Source: the human T2T-CHM13v2.0 reference genome, Homo sapiens
Assembly: GCF_009914755.1 (NCBI RefSeq)
Contig: NC_060930.1
Length of the DNA stretch: 64,000 nt
Strand: one strand, 5' to 3'
Positions within the stretch are counted from its first letter, which is position 1. Each line of letters starts with the position of its first letter. The notes beneath the pieces are model-generated. The model saw only the letters and a list, made by a program, of their open reading frames with translations, made no database searches and was not told the DNA's origin. Position numbers and translations under genes: made by a program. Shown here piece after piece: positions 13,435-33,062 of this stretch.

Positions 13435-15734
13435 CTATGAACTCCTCTCCTCTTCCCCCTTTCCACTAGCGTGGGTCACACTCAGATTTCTAGCTGGGTG
13501 ATATCCAAAGATACAAGACATGTGAAAAAAAAACAGCATGTAGGGGGAATCCAAAGCTCGGAGAATTTTTTAATTTGTGCATGTAGGATGTACGTGACAA
13601 ATCAAGGTAAAAATTTCAAGTAGTCAGAAATATGGGCCTTAATGTAAGAAGAAATTTGTTTCCAGGCTCAGATCTATAAAGAGGCCGTTGAGAATGTGTC
13701 AAGGGCCTTTTAGTGAGGGATACATAATTACGAAAAATGAAAGTTTTGTTGTTTACTAAGTGATGGTCTTTAGAGTAAATAGTGATATTCGCAGTCACCA
13801 TTATGATTTTTAGAAGAGTGCATGGCCACTTTTAAGCTAATGTGAAAAAGTATATGAAAATAACATTATAAGGTTAAACTAGCACGGAAACATCAAAAAG
13901 AAAACAAAAACAGCAATTCTCTATTGTCCAAGAAGCAAATTTCTGAACAATCTCTCCCCTTCCCTGTTCATATTAAATTAAATTGTTTTTCCAATTTGAA
14001 GGATTAATTAACATTTAACTACTCTTGGTTTAAAATGCATTAGAGATTTAAATGCTGAAACTGGTCCTGGTTTTATTTTCTTCTTTTTTTCAAAATTCTA
14101 TGCCTAGAACTTTCTCTCTCAAATAAATATCAATTCCCAGTCTCAGCAGTCAGATTTAACCTCTCTCCCCTGTGCTCTCAAAGCCTTGCTTGGTTACTCT
14201 ATTCTGCTACTTGTAATATCCTACCTTGACTTAGAAACACTTCTGAGTCTCCAACTCAGTAAGTTTCATGAGAAGAAAACAAACCACAGTGTTTTCCCAT
14301 TTTTATGCCTCTCCTCTCAGTACTCACCATGTTGACAATAAAATTCAGTGGAGCTTAGGAGTAAAGAGAGTAACCTAGAGGCTAACTGGTGTTAAAGAGA
14401 ATTGATGCTTAAGGTTATTTTTAGTTTTTTAAATTTTTATTAGAATAAGAAATGATTCTGTCTGCCCAACTAACTTTTTTCTTCCCTCTCTCCTTCTACT
14501 CCTTTCTAATCCTACTGATCTTCCTTAAACTTTTTCATCATCTTCCAAGAAACTTCAGCTTTTGGCTTCAGACCAGAGTGGCAACTGAGTCTTGGGAGGG
14601 GGAGGACACAAAGCTATAAGGGACAGCTAACTAGGAAAGCATGAATTATTAATGGGTTGCCGGTTCCCACCTCTCATCTCTAGGCTCTCTCATTTCTGGT
14701 ACTAAAGTTCCTCATCTCTGACTTGGAGACCAGTCCAAACTAATTCGTATCTCCTTACATAGATACTGCCTCTTTTGGCACTTTCTACTTTACAAAAGTG
14801 TTTTCTCAGTCATAATGTTTCATTATTATAAAAATGCTAAATAACCATCATCATGCTTCTAAATTATAACCTCAGGGTGAATGCAGGAATAAAGTCTAAA
14901 GAGAATTTGATTATTCTCCCAACTAATTTCTAAAAATTAAACAGGCAGCTTGCCTCACAGTTGAACAGCTGCCTTATATCCATCTAGCTACTAAAGAAGC
15001 TTTATTTCTCTGTCCCTTCTGTCTGAGGCTTGCTCAGAAAATAAAAATTTCTAAGATGTGAACTCATCCATCTAAAAGTTATAGAGTGCTGTACTAATTA
15101 GGTCTGGAACTCTGTTTTAGCTAGCAAACCTTACCAAATTGAAAATATAATAAATCTCAACCATGCTGGGATAAAAAGTGCCAGAGAAAATATGGAGACC
15201 ATTTGTCAATGATGGTGCTCAATGGTTCAAGTTTTTGTCCTGGGAGGCTACTCTTCTTGACTCCCAGAACAATGACAGCCCACACTGCTTATTCCAATAT
15301 TGGATTGAATTATTGAGAACTCTGGTACCACTGTGGGGTAAATGACAGAATTCTTTTATTTAAGAGAAACAGTCATTGTTCCCTTTTGCTCCTAATACAT
15401 TCTTTGTCTAGTCTGACATGGGAACTGTCTATGCTTTTAATTGAATCTTTTAAACAATTCTGCAGTTACAGAAGAATAGTAATTCATTTTAAGATTGCAA
15501 AATTTTCACCTCATACAAAAAGAGCAATTTTAGAATTCTCAGCTAACATCTTCTCCATATCCTTCATTAAGTACATTTTAAATCCATTTTCTTGCTTTTT
15601 TTTTTTTTTTTGGTGTTCAACTACTCTGCAGAATGTCTCTACCTTTGTTTCTGATCTGAGATGTCAGTGCTTTTTTTTGTTGCTACTAATGTTATGCACA
15701 TAAGGTTTGTAACTTCTTAGCCCAAGCCAAAGTT

Positions 15735-16189
15735 CTATGGCAGCTTTGGTGGACAGTTCTCATATGGTTTGAGGTCTTTCTACCTCAAGTTCCTGAGTTT
15801 CTCTGCCTGAATCTCTTCTCTGGCCAGAGAAGCATGTTCAGCCTGAGTATGGGATGGGCTGGAGTGCCAGGGAGGTAATTCTCCAAGTAAAACCCTCAAG
15901 CAACAAAGGGCAGTAATTGGGAGACAGACATCCCAGTTTCCTTGATCCTGCATGGGACAATTCTAAGGTGTGTTTCATGGGCTCTGAGAGGGTCCCAGCA
16001 GGACTGAGTGCAGTTGCCCACAGGAGTAACTTTTTCAATAATATCCTTCCTTATTGACTTTTCTCATCCTTATGTCTTACCTGCCCCTAATTTCCGAGGT
16101 CAATTCCCAAATGAATTACTTGCACCCAAGTCCTTTTCTCAGCTCATCATCTACTAAGCATAGCTTTTGGTGAAACCCAAATTAAGATA
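15735..16189 (+). mobile_element. LTR16-type ERVL LTR
   Basis: gggacaattctaaggtgtg, gggtcccagcaggactgag, 3' end ttacttgcacccaagtcc...aaacccaaattaagata. Confidence 0.7.
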
Positions 16190-16294
16190 AACAGGCATCA
16201 GATATCTTAACAGCTGCAATGAACATAAACAATCAATGAAGTAGCCCATTCAAAATTCCAGTTGAAAAGTATCTCCAACCAAAAATTCTATGTC

Positions 16295-21863
<5,569 letters not shown>

Positions 21864-22600
21864 CAAAAATTCTATGTCCATCCAAACTGAAAGTTAAATG
21901 TAAAAGTATGAAAATATTTTCAGACTTGCTGGGTCTCAAAAAATAATGACCATTTCTCTAGCCATTCTCCAGAAATTACTGGAGGATATGTCCTGCCAAA
22001 ATGGAGTCAACCAAGAAATAAGTATACAAAAGCCCCTGGAAATGGGATCTCCACAGAAAAGACACAAAAGCAATTTTCATAATGACAGTAAGGGAAAATG
22101 CAAGATAACATCTGTGCCACAAGCCAAGAGAACAACCTTTGCAGGCTGGAACCAAAGGTCTGAGGACTCCACAAGGGAACCCTTGCACTGTACACTTAAA
22201 GTGCTCAGTCTAGTCCCTGGCACAGAGTAAGCACCCAGAAAATGTCCACTGTCCATGCTAGCTACTGATCTGATCAGAATCACACAAAAAGATGTCTGAC
22301 TTAATTTTCATCAGAAATTCCCCAAGCCCTACAATGATCAGGTAATGTGTGGAAGCAGTATGCCTATTTGAGTACCCCAACGCTTCTCAAGTTGTGCTCT
22401 AAAGAACAATAATCCCACCAGATGCTCCTCAGTAATAGGGATCCAAAGCAAGTAAAAGCGTGGAATACGTCCATACTAAAGGCTCTGAGAAATCCTGTAG
22501 CAGAGACAATGACTTAACTTTGTATCATCCAACATTTCCCAAATTTGTAGTTGAACATGAAACTCATTACCAGAAGCATATATTAAAAGTACATGAAATT

Positions 22601-22918
<318 letters not shown>

Positions 22919-22997
22919 CTACTGCTCAATGGAACCCAACTTAGGAAATGACAGTAAACGCCCTGGGTAAGAGCCTTCAGCTTAACACCATCCAGAA

Positions 22998-23267
22998 GCT
23001 CTTGTCGCCCAGGTTGGAATACAGTGGTGCAATCTCAGCTCACTGCAACCCCTGCCTCCTGGGTTCAAGCAATTCTCATGCCTTAGCCTCCCAAGTAGCT
23101 GAGACTACAGGCATGCGACACTATGCCCGGCTAATTTTTGTATTTTTAGTAGAGACAGGGTTTCACCATGCTGGCCAGGCTGGTCTTGAACCCCCGACCT
23201 CAGGTGATCCACCCATCTCGGCCTCCCAAAGTGCTGGGATTACAGGCATGAGCCACTGTGCCAGGCC
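22998..23267 (-). mobile_element. AluS lacking its 3' end and poly(A)
   Basis: Begins abruptly at gctcttgtcgcccagg with no poly-T. Confidence 0.88.
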
Positions 23268-25335
23268 ACTTTATTATGTAATTTTAAAGGAAATAAAATC
23301 TTGCCCAGTTTCAAAGAAACAATTTGGTATTATCATCCAAATGTATAAAATAAGAATAAATGGGTAGCTTTAAACCTACAAAGCTCAAAGGTATTTTACA
23401 GATATTTTATCTTTATCTCCACTGTGATAGCACACTGCATGGTGATTTGCAATAAAGGTTATATCTTATTTTGAAAATAACTAGGGCAATAGAGAAGAAT
23501 AAAAATAGAGTTCATATACAAAATAGGCCACAGACTACAAAGGAGTCCCAGGGTATCACATAAGTGAGGAAATACTCCTTCCCTGTCTCATAGTGCCAAG
23601 CAGTATTTAGTAATTGTCCCAGACATTGGACTAAATACATTTAAGTAGAAATGGCCTATGTTCTTTAGTAGTGTGCTGGTACTTTCTATAAGGACAAAAT
23701 TAATACAGAGGTCTAAGAAATGACTCAATACCCAGAAGGAAAAAATGTCAATGCTTGCAACATAATTTGGCATTTAGGGATAGTGAATAAAGTCTGGTCA
23801 TTGAAAGGGAAAAGGTAAATTGCATCTACTTAACCAAGGAAAATTTATTGATAAAGATATAATTATGACTATTGGAAGAAAATGTGTAAGTACTGAGCAA
23901 TTAGAACAAAGAAGAGAAAATGAAATACTCTGGTGATTAGCAAGGGGTGGAGTACATGGTAGGGACTCAATAAATGTTCACTGAAAAATGAAAGTAGTGA
24001 CCTAGGAAAGGGGATGGGGTTCCTAAGTCTAGAAAGTCATGAAACATGGGGAAGGAAATTCAGACACAGAGAAAGGCTTGGGTTGCAGAGCTTAAGTCCT
24101 AGAATGTTTAAGTAACTGTTTTAAAAAAGGGGATTTGATCATTTGATACAGAAACTAGAGGTCAGCCCCCAAAATATCTACCTTCTTCAAGGTCCCTAAA
24201 CCCTAGAAAAGAGGGTCTAAATGCTGAAGGCAGTCCCCAGCTAAGATGTGTCAAAATAGAGAAGACCCATTATTACATCAGACTGCTAAAGAGAAAAACG
24301 GCTTGTTAGTAATGACTAACTCCGACCACCTAGAAAATAGAAGGGATGAAAATCAATCATCCCCATTTAAAAAGTTAATATGAAATAGTGGAGAGTAGAA
24401 GAAGAAACAAACAGGAACTCCCCAAAATCTCCCAGCTAAGCTTCAGGGTCTGCTGTGATACATCAACATTTTTATCACTGAAGGAAGACAGGTCAAAACA
24501 CACACACGAGAGCTTCCCTCACTTGTCCCTCCACCTCCCCTTTCAAACAGTCACACAGGCACATCCACCTCTTAACCAGCAGCTATGTGTCAGTCTGGCA
24601 ATTTCCAGAAATCACTAACCATTGATAGATCTTTGACTCTGGGCAAACTGGTTTCTCCTCTTTTCCCCCTCATTCACTAAGCTAGGAAAATGCTGTTTAT
24701 CCATTCTAAGTATTTGTAAATGAAGCTTACAAAATATCAGATTAGAATGCACCATCAAGATGTTCTAAAGCATGGGTATCAGGAGTGTGCCATTACTCAA
24801 TGCTTACAGTTTGCAGCCTTTAATTTCAATTGTCACCATAATATAGGTATAATTGACCTACATGCACACACACACATATATATCAACAAATACTGACCCT
24901 GTGCTGACTACTCTGTGCGGAATGCTCTGAACATTTATCTGTGTCCTTTACATGTGACCTATGGTCCAGGATCTGCTGATATTCTAAAGGACCGGGCCCT
25001 TTCCAGGTTTTATATCACCCCAGGCCTGACAAGGAAAACAGGGAGTTGAAGAGGGAGAAAGGGTAATAAACCCTATGGCTACATCTTCCTCCTCCCTCCA
25101 CCCTGTCACCCTCTATGATAGGCATCTCACCAACATTCATGACATCAGACACCTCCCTAACCAAGCCCCCATGTGGCCCTTCCTCAGATTCCAGGATGAA
25201 ATGCTCAGAGTGACCCAATTTCAGCTTCTTTCAGAAAAGCAGATAAATCATGCTTCAGTCTTTGGTATGCCAGAAACTCACCACTGGGGCGGATGCATAT
25301 TTTATCTGTAGTAAGCTACAGAAAGGTTCAGACCT

Positions 25336-25598
25336 GGCAGGGCACAGTGGCTTACACCTGTAATCCCAGCACATTGGGAGGCCAAGGCAGGCAGATCACT
25401 TGAGCTTAGGAGTTTGAGACCAGCCTGGGCAACATGGTGAAACCCCGTCTCTATAAAAATACAAAAATTAGCCTTGTGTGGTGGCACCTGCCTGTAGTCC
25501 CAGCTACGTGGGAGGATCACTTGAGCCCAGGAGGTCAAGGCTGCAGTGAGCCAAGATGGTGCCACTGTACTCCAGCCTGGGTGACAGAGTGAGACACT

Positions 25599-25629
<31 letters not shown>

Positions 25630-25670
25630 GAGAGAGAGAGAGAGAAAGAAAGAAAAAAAAGAAAAAAAGA
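25336..25670 (+). mobile_element. AluJ with A/(GA)n tail
   Basis: cacttgagcccaggaggtcaaggctgcag is a J diagnostic. TSD agaaaggttca. Confidence 0.88.
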
Positions 25671-26872
25671 GAAAGGTTCAACCTGACCTTGCAGGCAGCA
25701 GAATTAAGAAAAGGCTGTGAAACTTGTCAGAGCCCCTGGTAAGGCAAGAAGCAAAGAGGCCCTGCTTAGAAGTAATGGGTAGCATCTATGAAAAGGGAGG
25801 CAGGCAAGCCAAACTCTGGAGCTGGGGAAGAAATAAAGATGTGACAATCCCAAACTAATCCTCCTGCAGAGGATCACGCTAATAGAAGAACCTCCGCCCA
25901 CACCTCAGTGTCCCCACCCGAGTAACTCCAGGTCTGGCTCCTCCAGCTCTGCATTCCTCTCAGACCCAAACCCAGATGGATCCCTGACCTGGAGGCTCTG
26001 GCCTACACCAGTAATTCAACAGAGGGCAGTTCTGCATCCTACGACAGCAGGGTAACATGAGTTCTTGGCATTCTAAAGTGGAGCTCCTCATTTGTTTTCC
26101 CACTGGAAACACCATTGTACACAGTGGGCAACCTACACAGCATCGGCAGCACAATGCAATAATTAAGATGAATTATGGCTTACATAGAATTTTATGGGGC
26201 GCTTGTATGGAAAATGTGATCTGAGTATCAAAATACCTATTTAAAATGAATTTCCGGAATGAAATCTTCCAAAGTTTTGAAAATACCTCTGTAATTCAAC
26301 ACCTCACAAATTTTTCCTTTTGAAAACAAAAAGCGTCTTCAAACTCAACACTGGGCTACATGAAAAAATAACCCCCAAAAGAATTTACTGCAGAAGTCTC
26401 AACCCTATATCAGCTATGAAAGAATGCTTCCCTCATGGCTTCTCTCTATATAGTGAACAAAGTGTTTAAGAGGGCAGGATATAAAAAGAATCCTTTTCGA
26501 AAAAGGGCTAGTATTTTACTCCACTCAAATTGAGCCATACGTCTTACTAGTATTCAGCCAACTTTTAATTTTTCAGTCTCTCAGTACTAAAGTAGATAGC
26601 AAAGTACACATTTTGAAACTAACTTTTATTAATAGAGTTTAAATTCACAATAAACCTCAAGAAAATTACTAAGACCTCTCGCTGTACTAGAAATTTGTGG
26701 CACAATATATCATTCCAATAAGTGGATCATGAAGGTGTGAAAAAATGCTGATCTTAAGAATTTTTATCATACTAGTACTTGATGTATAAAATCTGACCCA
26801 TATATCCCACAGTACACATTGCCATTGAGATGGGAAGTTGTGATCCACCAAGGGATAGAAAACCTGTATTTC

Positions 26873-27852
26873 CCTGTCATTGATTCCAGAATTTACAAGG
26901 AACTCAAAGAATTCAACAACAAAAAATAATGACAGCCCCATTAAAAAGTGGGCAAAGGACATCAATAGACATTTTTCAAAAGAAGACATAAAAATGGCCA
27001 ACAAGCATTTGAAAAAATGCTCAATGTCACTAATCATCACAGAAATGCAAATTAAAACCACAGTGAGATATCAGCTTACACCAGTCAGAATGGCTGTTCT
27101 GAAAAAGTCAAAAAACAACAGATGTTAGCAAGGATGCAGAGAAAGGGCAATACCAATACACTGTGGGTGGGAATGTACATTAGTACAGTCTCCATGGAAA
27201 ACAGCATGCAGATTCCTCAAAGACTGAAAATAGAATTTTCATTCTATCCAACAATTTCATTACTGGATATCAAAAGAAAACAAATCATTATACCAAAAAG
27301 ACACCTGCACTTGTATTTTTATCACAGCACTATTCACAACAGCAAAGATATGGAATCAACCTAAGTGTCCATCAATGGATAACTGGAAAAAGAAAATGTG
27401 TGTATAAAGACATACACACACACACACACACACACTTTGTGGGTATGTGTACATAGATGTAGATATACACATACATATAGATATAAACACACACAGTAAA
27501 ATACTATTCAGTCATAAAAATGAAATCATGTCTTTTGCAGCAATGTGGATGGGACTGGAGGCCATTATCCTAACAAATAACTCAGAAATGTAAAGTCAAA
27601 TGGCACAAGTTCTTACATATTAGTGAGAGCTAAATAATGCATACACATGAGAGAGGGTAGAATGACAGACACTGGAGACTCGGAAAGGCGGAAGGGTGGG
27701 AGCAGGAAGAGGTATGAGAAATTACATCATGGGGACAATTTACATTATTCAAGTTATGGTTACACTAAAAGCCTGGACTTCACCATGACACAATACATCC
27801 ATGTAACAAAATTGCACTTGTATCCCTTAAATTTACACAAATTAAGAAAAAA
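26873..27852 (+). mobile_element. 5'-truncated L1PB-like element containing a (CA)n tract
   Basis: 16-bp TSD agaaaacctgtatttc. ORF 26880..27128 matches the ORF2 C-terminus (PIKKWAKD). Confidence 0.88.
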
Positions 27853-30271
27853 AGAAAACCTGTATTTCTGGTATAGGGTGAATGTGGTGGCAAGAGACAC
27901 CAATGAATCATAAATCTTACCTTAGCTTATTAAACAACACTAGTGTGCCACTTGGTGATGTCACCTTGGTGCCTTCTTACATATTTGCTTCCCAGATTTG
28001 ATATCCCTTAGGAGGTAACACGTGAGAGAGCACATTTTCCTCATGTGCTTCCGGTTTTGTCTTCAGAGTCTCTTGTTACTGGGAACCATGCAAGTGCCTG
28101 GGTTGATTCATGGCTGAACCAAAGAAGCTCAAGTTTCAATGCCTCATAACTCTGAGGATGAATTGCAGTAACGCTTCATGCTTGGGGCGATGCAGGCAAA
28201 CCATGTGCAGGTTGTAGCTATTAAGAAATTCAAGAGCATGACTGCTCAAGGGCAGTCACCCAACAAGGTCATAATATTCAGACATCCTTCTGCCGGCACC
28301 ACACCTGCTCCCAATCAGTCATCAGGAGTCTAAAAATCACAAGTTTCATGGAAACTATCACAGAACCACACTGGGAATAAACCAGGATTTGCATCAAGAA
28401 GAATACTGGCCCATGTGTGGGCACACAGGCGTGCCCACTCACCCAAAGTGAAAGAGAGCCACATCCATCAAAAGAATACAACTCTTATTTTTGCCTTTTT
28501 AATGCTTTGCCTTGAAAACGTACTTACAATTATCAATACAATGTAAGTCAAAGAGACCAGGCCATTTTCTCTGCAGCCCTTTCAATATTCCTACAGAGAC
28601 CTAAATTCACTATACTTCTTGCGTTCACAAGGGTTCTAAAAGCACTACATTTTTTCATGTACCAAATATTAACAATACCAATTGATATGATCAATCATCC
28701 AAAATGCTATTTCAAAACAATCATCGTTACTGTTTTGGTCATAGTGGAGAATATAGCTAGTTGCCAGCCTCTAAAGCATATCTCAAGGCACTGCAACTCA
28801 AGTGGAAAGTGTAACAAAAACATGTGCTGGCCAGTTAAGCTGGTATTTAAATGCAACACTAAAAATGCATTTCACACCCAACTTCATCAATCACCAACCA
28901 ATCCTACTTTGCATCTTGGCTACCAAAAGAAAATGAGATTTGTTTCCCTGAAGAAATATGTCACTGCTCTGCTTGAATTATTAAGCTTTACTATTACAGG
29001 GAGAAACAGAGTCAAAAAAAAAAAAAAAAAAAAAGAAGAAAAGAAAAGAAAAAAGGAACAAAATTAGACCCAGGTTGCCATCTACAGACTGATAGAAGCA
29101 TTGCACATTCATACAGCATTTGGTAACTGAATCAGTAAATATCAGATATTTTTAAAAAATAACGAAAAAATATGTGACTACAATTTTAATTATTAAAAAA
29201 TCAAGATAACCTATGAAGTCTCTTTTTTTCTAATTCAAATGAAAATACTATATAGGTAAAGAACACTAGATCAAACATTTGCACAAGTTAACATATGCTA
29301 GAAAATAATCATAGCTATTCACCCTAACCCTAAAATTTATCACTTTGAAATAAAACTAAATAGCTTATTTAATATCAAATTTAAAATACATTGTAAGTAG
29401 AAAAAGCCATGTAAATTTTATCTCTAAAACCAAATTTTTGCATTTTTTTACATTATTATGAGTTCTTACACCCTTCACTTTCATTTTGCTTCAAATTCTT
29501 ATTGCTTTTACCTTTATGAGGAATAAGAGCCCTCTTGAAACATGAGTATTCAAAAGCACATACTTGGTTCTAATTACTAAAATATATGACATTAAAGTAA
29601 AAAGCAACTTCAATAATAAATGAATATGAAGGCTGAATTAAAGAGAGAAATGGAGAGGGACTTTTGATATTATAATCTGGAAAATTTCTGTAGTCAAAGA
29701 CATCTGCAGGGAGATCCCATTAAGAACCAAATTGCTCAATTTTCAGTAGTATGGACTTAAGCTAATATGCTTAAAGTTATCAAGTGATGGTTTAATCTAG
29801 TGAACTGCACAAAATCCTTTTTCATTTTTCCTGGAAAAAAATTGTCTTTGGAAGCCAAGATTCATTTTCCAGGTTATATGTTCTTTCTATCCAAATGAAA
29901 AGATACAAAATGCTTCTAGATCAGTGGTACAAGCCAGTTAGTGAAGGAAAAAAAAATTCATTCCCTAAAACCTTCCTTTAAAAGACACCAGCAGCGTTTC
30001 CTGTAACAATGAGATCCAGCAATTTAAAACCTATAATCTGCACATTATAAAACCACATTGGAAAATATAGACTTAAAATGGGCTACTGTCTAAAACAACT
30101 GCAAAATTCTCTAAAGAAAAAAATAAAAGAACAGGAAGGCTTATACCTTTTCTTTTCAAAATACTATTTGCTTCAATAATAAACACTTTTTTTTATCTTC
30201 ATGCCCACCAACACAAATGTTGTTAAAAACTACTGTGAATTTCTACAAAAGCAAAAATGCCAATAATTCAA

Positions 30272-30573
30272 TTTTTTTTTTTTTTTTTTTTTTTTAGGCA
30301 GGGTCTAATTCTGTCACCCAGGCTGGAGTGCAGTGACACGATCATGGCTCACTGCAGCCTCAGCCGCCTGGGCTCAAGTGTTCCTCCCACCTTAGCCTCT
30401 CAAGTAGCTAGGACTACAGGTGCATGCCACTGTGCCCCACTAATTTTTTTTATTTGTTTTGTAGAAACGGGTTTTGGCTATGTTGCCCAGGCTGGTCTCA
30501 AACTCAAGCAATCCGACTACCCACCTTGGCCTCTCAAAGTGCTGGGATCACAAGCGTGAGCCACTGTACCAGC
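30272..30573 (-). mobile_element. AluJ
   Basis: TSD ccaataattcaa. J diagnostics (gggctcaag, ctatgttgcccagg). Confidence 0.88.
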
Positions 30574-32451
30574 CAATAATTCAACTTTTTAATGAAGGTT
30601 ACTTTCCTATGAACAAGGGATATGTTAATACAGCCTCTTGTGTTCTCAAGTTTTTACAAATGAGATAACCTGAAAAGATGATCATTCTCTTTCTTCCAGG
30701 TGACAACTACTTAATTTAAAGACTTTTTAAAAATATACTGGAAGTAAGGATTGGGATTTTCATAGGCTAACAAGAACCTCACAGAAAAGAAGCAAATAAC
30801 ATCTTATAAAAGGCTTTTAACAAAAAAAAAAAAAATGAAAAGTTTAAGGTGGATCCTGTTTCATGATGGGTATTAAAGTATTACAGAATTAACTATTTTT
30901 AAACTTCCATCATTCATTCACTCAACATAATTATTAAGTGCCTCAGACCTGTGCCAGTTGTTGGAAATAAGAAAAAACTAGTAGGACATAGCCCAAGGCT
31001 TTGGGGGCCTCACAATCTAGTATCTATTAATTTTTTAAAGCCTCTCTTATTTTTAGTGTTCAAGGTAGGGTATGTTCTTAGGGCTAATTTCTTTTCTTTG
31101 ATTCTTGTCACACAATAGGCACTCGGTAAATATTTGTTGACTGTATTTCACCCTAGCCTCCTTGTTTGCTACTCACGGGAAAGGACTGTACAAATTTCAA
31201 GATAATCAAAACTTTAAAAAGAAATCTTCATAAGAACCCACATTTTTCAGATAGATAATAGAGCTAAAGAAAAAAAAAAAGTTAAATGAGCTGCCCAAGG
31301 TCAATGGCAGAGCTGGGACGAGAATCTAGGACTCCTGACTTCCAGCTAGTCTCGATCATTTAGGTCTTTGATGATTTAGACCCCTCCACTTCTCTGTGCA
31401 ACTGGTTCACCCATTTCGCCTGTTCTTTTAACCTAGCCTCACGTGTCTTTGTTCTGACTCTTTAATCATTTGTGCAGCTTCCTCTAAACTCTCACAGGAG
31501 TTCAAACTGTCTCCTCAGCTGTGAAGCTCATATTAGCTCTAATTCTAATGTAACTCTTCATATCGACTTTGAAATAAGCTGGAGCTCCCAGGTGGAAGGT
31601 AAGGCTTTGCCCATTAATCTGAAACCTGATCCCATCAGTCCTCTTCCTGGAACCCCTCACAGTCCCATGGGTGGGGTGGGGTGGGGTGTGTGAGGGGATC
31701 TCAGGGCAAGAGGAGCAGGAGTCATTCCACTGGTCTGCTTCCCAGCCAGCCATTCCCACCCCAGCGTCACTCCACTCTGAGAACACACTGGGAATAAAAC
31801 CAAAAGTCGCCCCTCTTACAAAACCCTAACATCAAAGTTAACAATTTTCATTACATACTTCCTTAGTCTACCACACTTTTATCTCATACCAGTGAAATCT
31901 TGGACTAATGCAATTTTTTATTTTTATTTTATACCATCTCTCACCTGCTAGTGCAAGATGAAACTACATCTAATTTTGCTGAATAGGTTATTGTTTACTG
32001 ATAAAATGTTATGTCTATTTAGTGTTCTCTTGGTTATCAGTATAATTAACAAAATGACTTTTCAGTAAAGATGATCTTTGACTAATAAATCATAATGAAT
32101 GTGGGCAAGGGTTACAGACACACAAATAAGAGACCAATATCATAGTAGTTGTAGGTAAAAATATTAATCAAGCAGTATCAGTGGGAGCAGAGGATGAAAA
32201 AAACATACTTTTAAAATAAGACTACCACAAAATATATTTGATCTCAAAATAAGTGTCCTCATGGCACAACATCTAATTACAAATAAAAACCAAGCATAAA
32301 AACAGCAGCATCTCTCATATACAAATACAATTTTCTTTGAAAACTCTCATATATGAAAATAAGGAATATCTTCTGTGGGCCCAGAGAAACAATGGATCTA
32401 TTTAAGAATTAAAATTGTATCACAGCCTTAAGATAATAATAACACACTTAC

Positions 32452-32614
32452 CACTATTTGGAATGGTTTCTTGTGAATTCTTTAATTTTACATTTTGTTT
32501 CAATTTCGTCAGTTTTTCTGAATTCACGTCTTCTTTTTTCCCTTTCCTCTTCAGGGGCTGAGGAGATGAGTTGTCACTGGATCCAACTGTTGACTTAGAG
32601 TGGCGATCATTTCC
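32452..32614 (-). CDS. DCDC2: DCDC2 coding exon 7 (163 nt): GNDRHSKSTVGSSDNSSPQPLKRKGKKEDVNSEKLTKLKQNVKLKNSQETIPNS
   Basis: catttag|GGAAATGAT...AATAGTG|gtaagt. Open frame of 54 codons plus 1 nt, matching the DCDC2 C-terminal tail. Confidence 0.96.
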
Positions 32615-32819
32615 CTAAATGGCAAAGTATTAGACCCTTATTATTAGCTAATGAACTCTCAAAAACATTCCCAGTAAATACATGTCATTAACTACTGGTA
32701 AGCAGGGCAGGGGCAGGGAGGTGTATTGTCCTGGTTCTGCAACTGTCTATCTTTATACATTAACTCCAAATGTATCTTCCTGGAGGCAAAAGGGTCTAGG
32801 AGAGGAAGGAGGATAAAAA

Positions 32820-33062
32820 TAATAGCTAACAATCATTGGGTTCTTAATATGTACCAGGTATTCTATAAAATTGTATTCACTCAATCCTCATGCTAGCCCT
32901 AGTTACTAGCTCACTAGCCTCATGCTAGTGAGATAGACACTACTGTTACCACGTCACTGTAGAGATCAGCAAGTGGGGTTTAGAGGATAAATCTTGTGTA
33001 AGATCCTGTAGCCAGTCAGGGGCAGAGCAGCTGCCTCCAAAACTACTGTAAATCCACTGCCT
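32820..33062 (-). mobile_element. MIR
   Basis: aataatagctaacaatcattgg...tgtaccagg...tcaatcctca. Confidence 0.6.

Noticed and set aside
28010-28060. E-box CACGTG plus ETS CTTCCGG cluster
   Set aside because: Short motifs expected by chance, with no further support from sequence alone.
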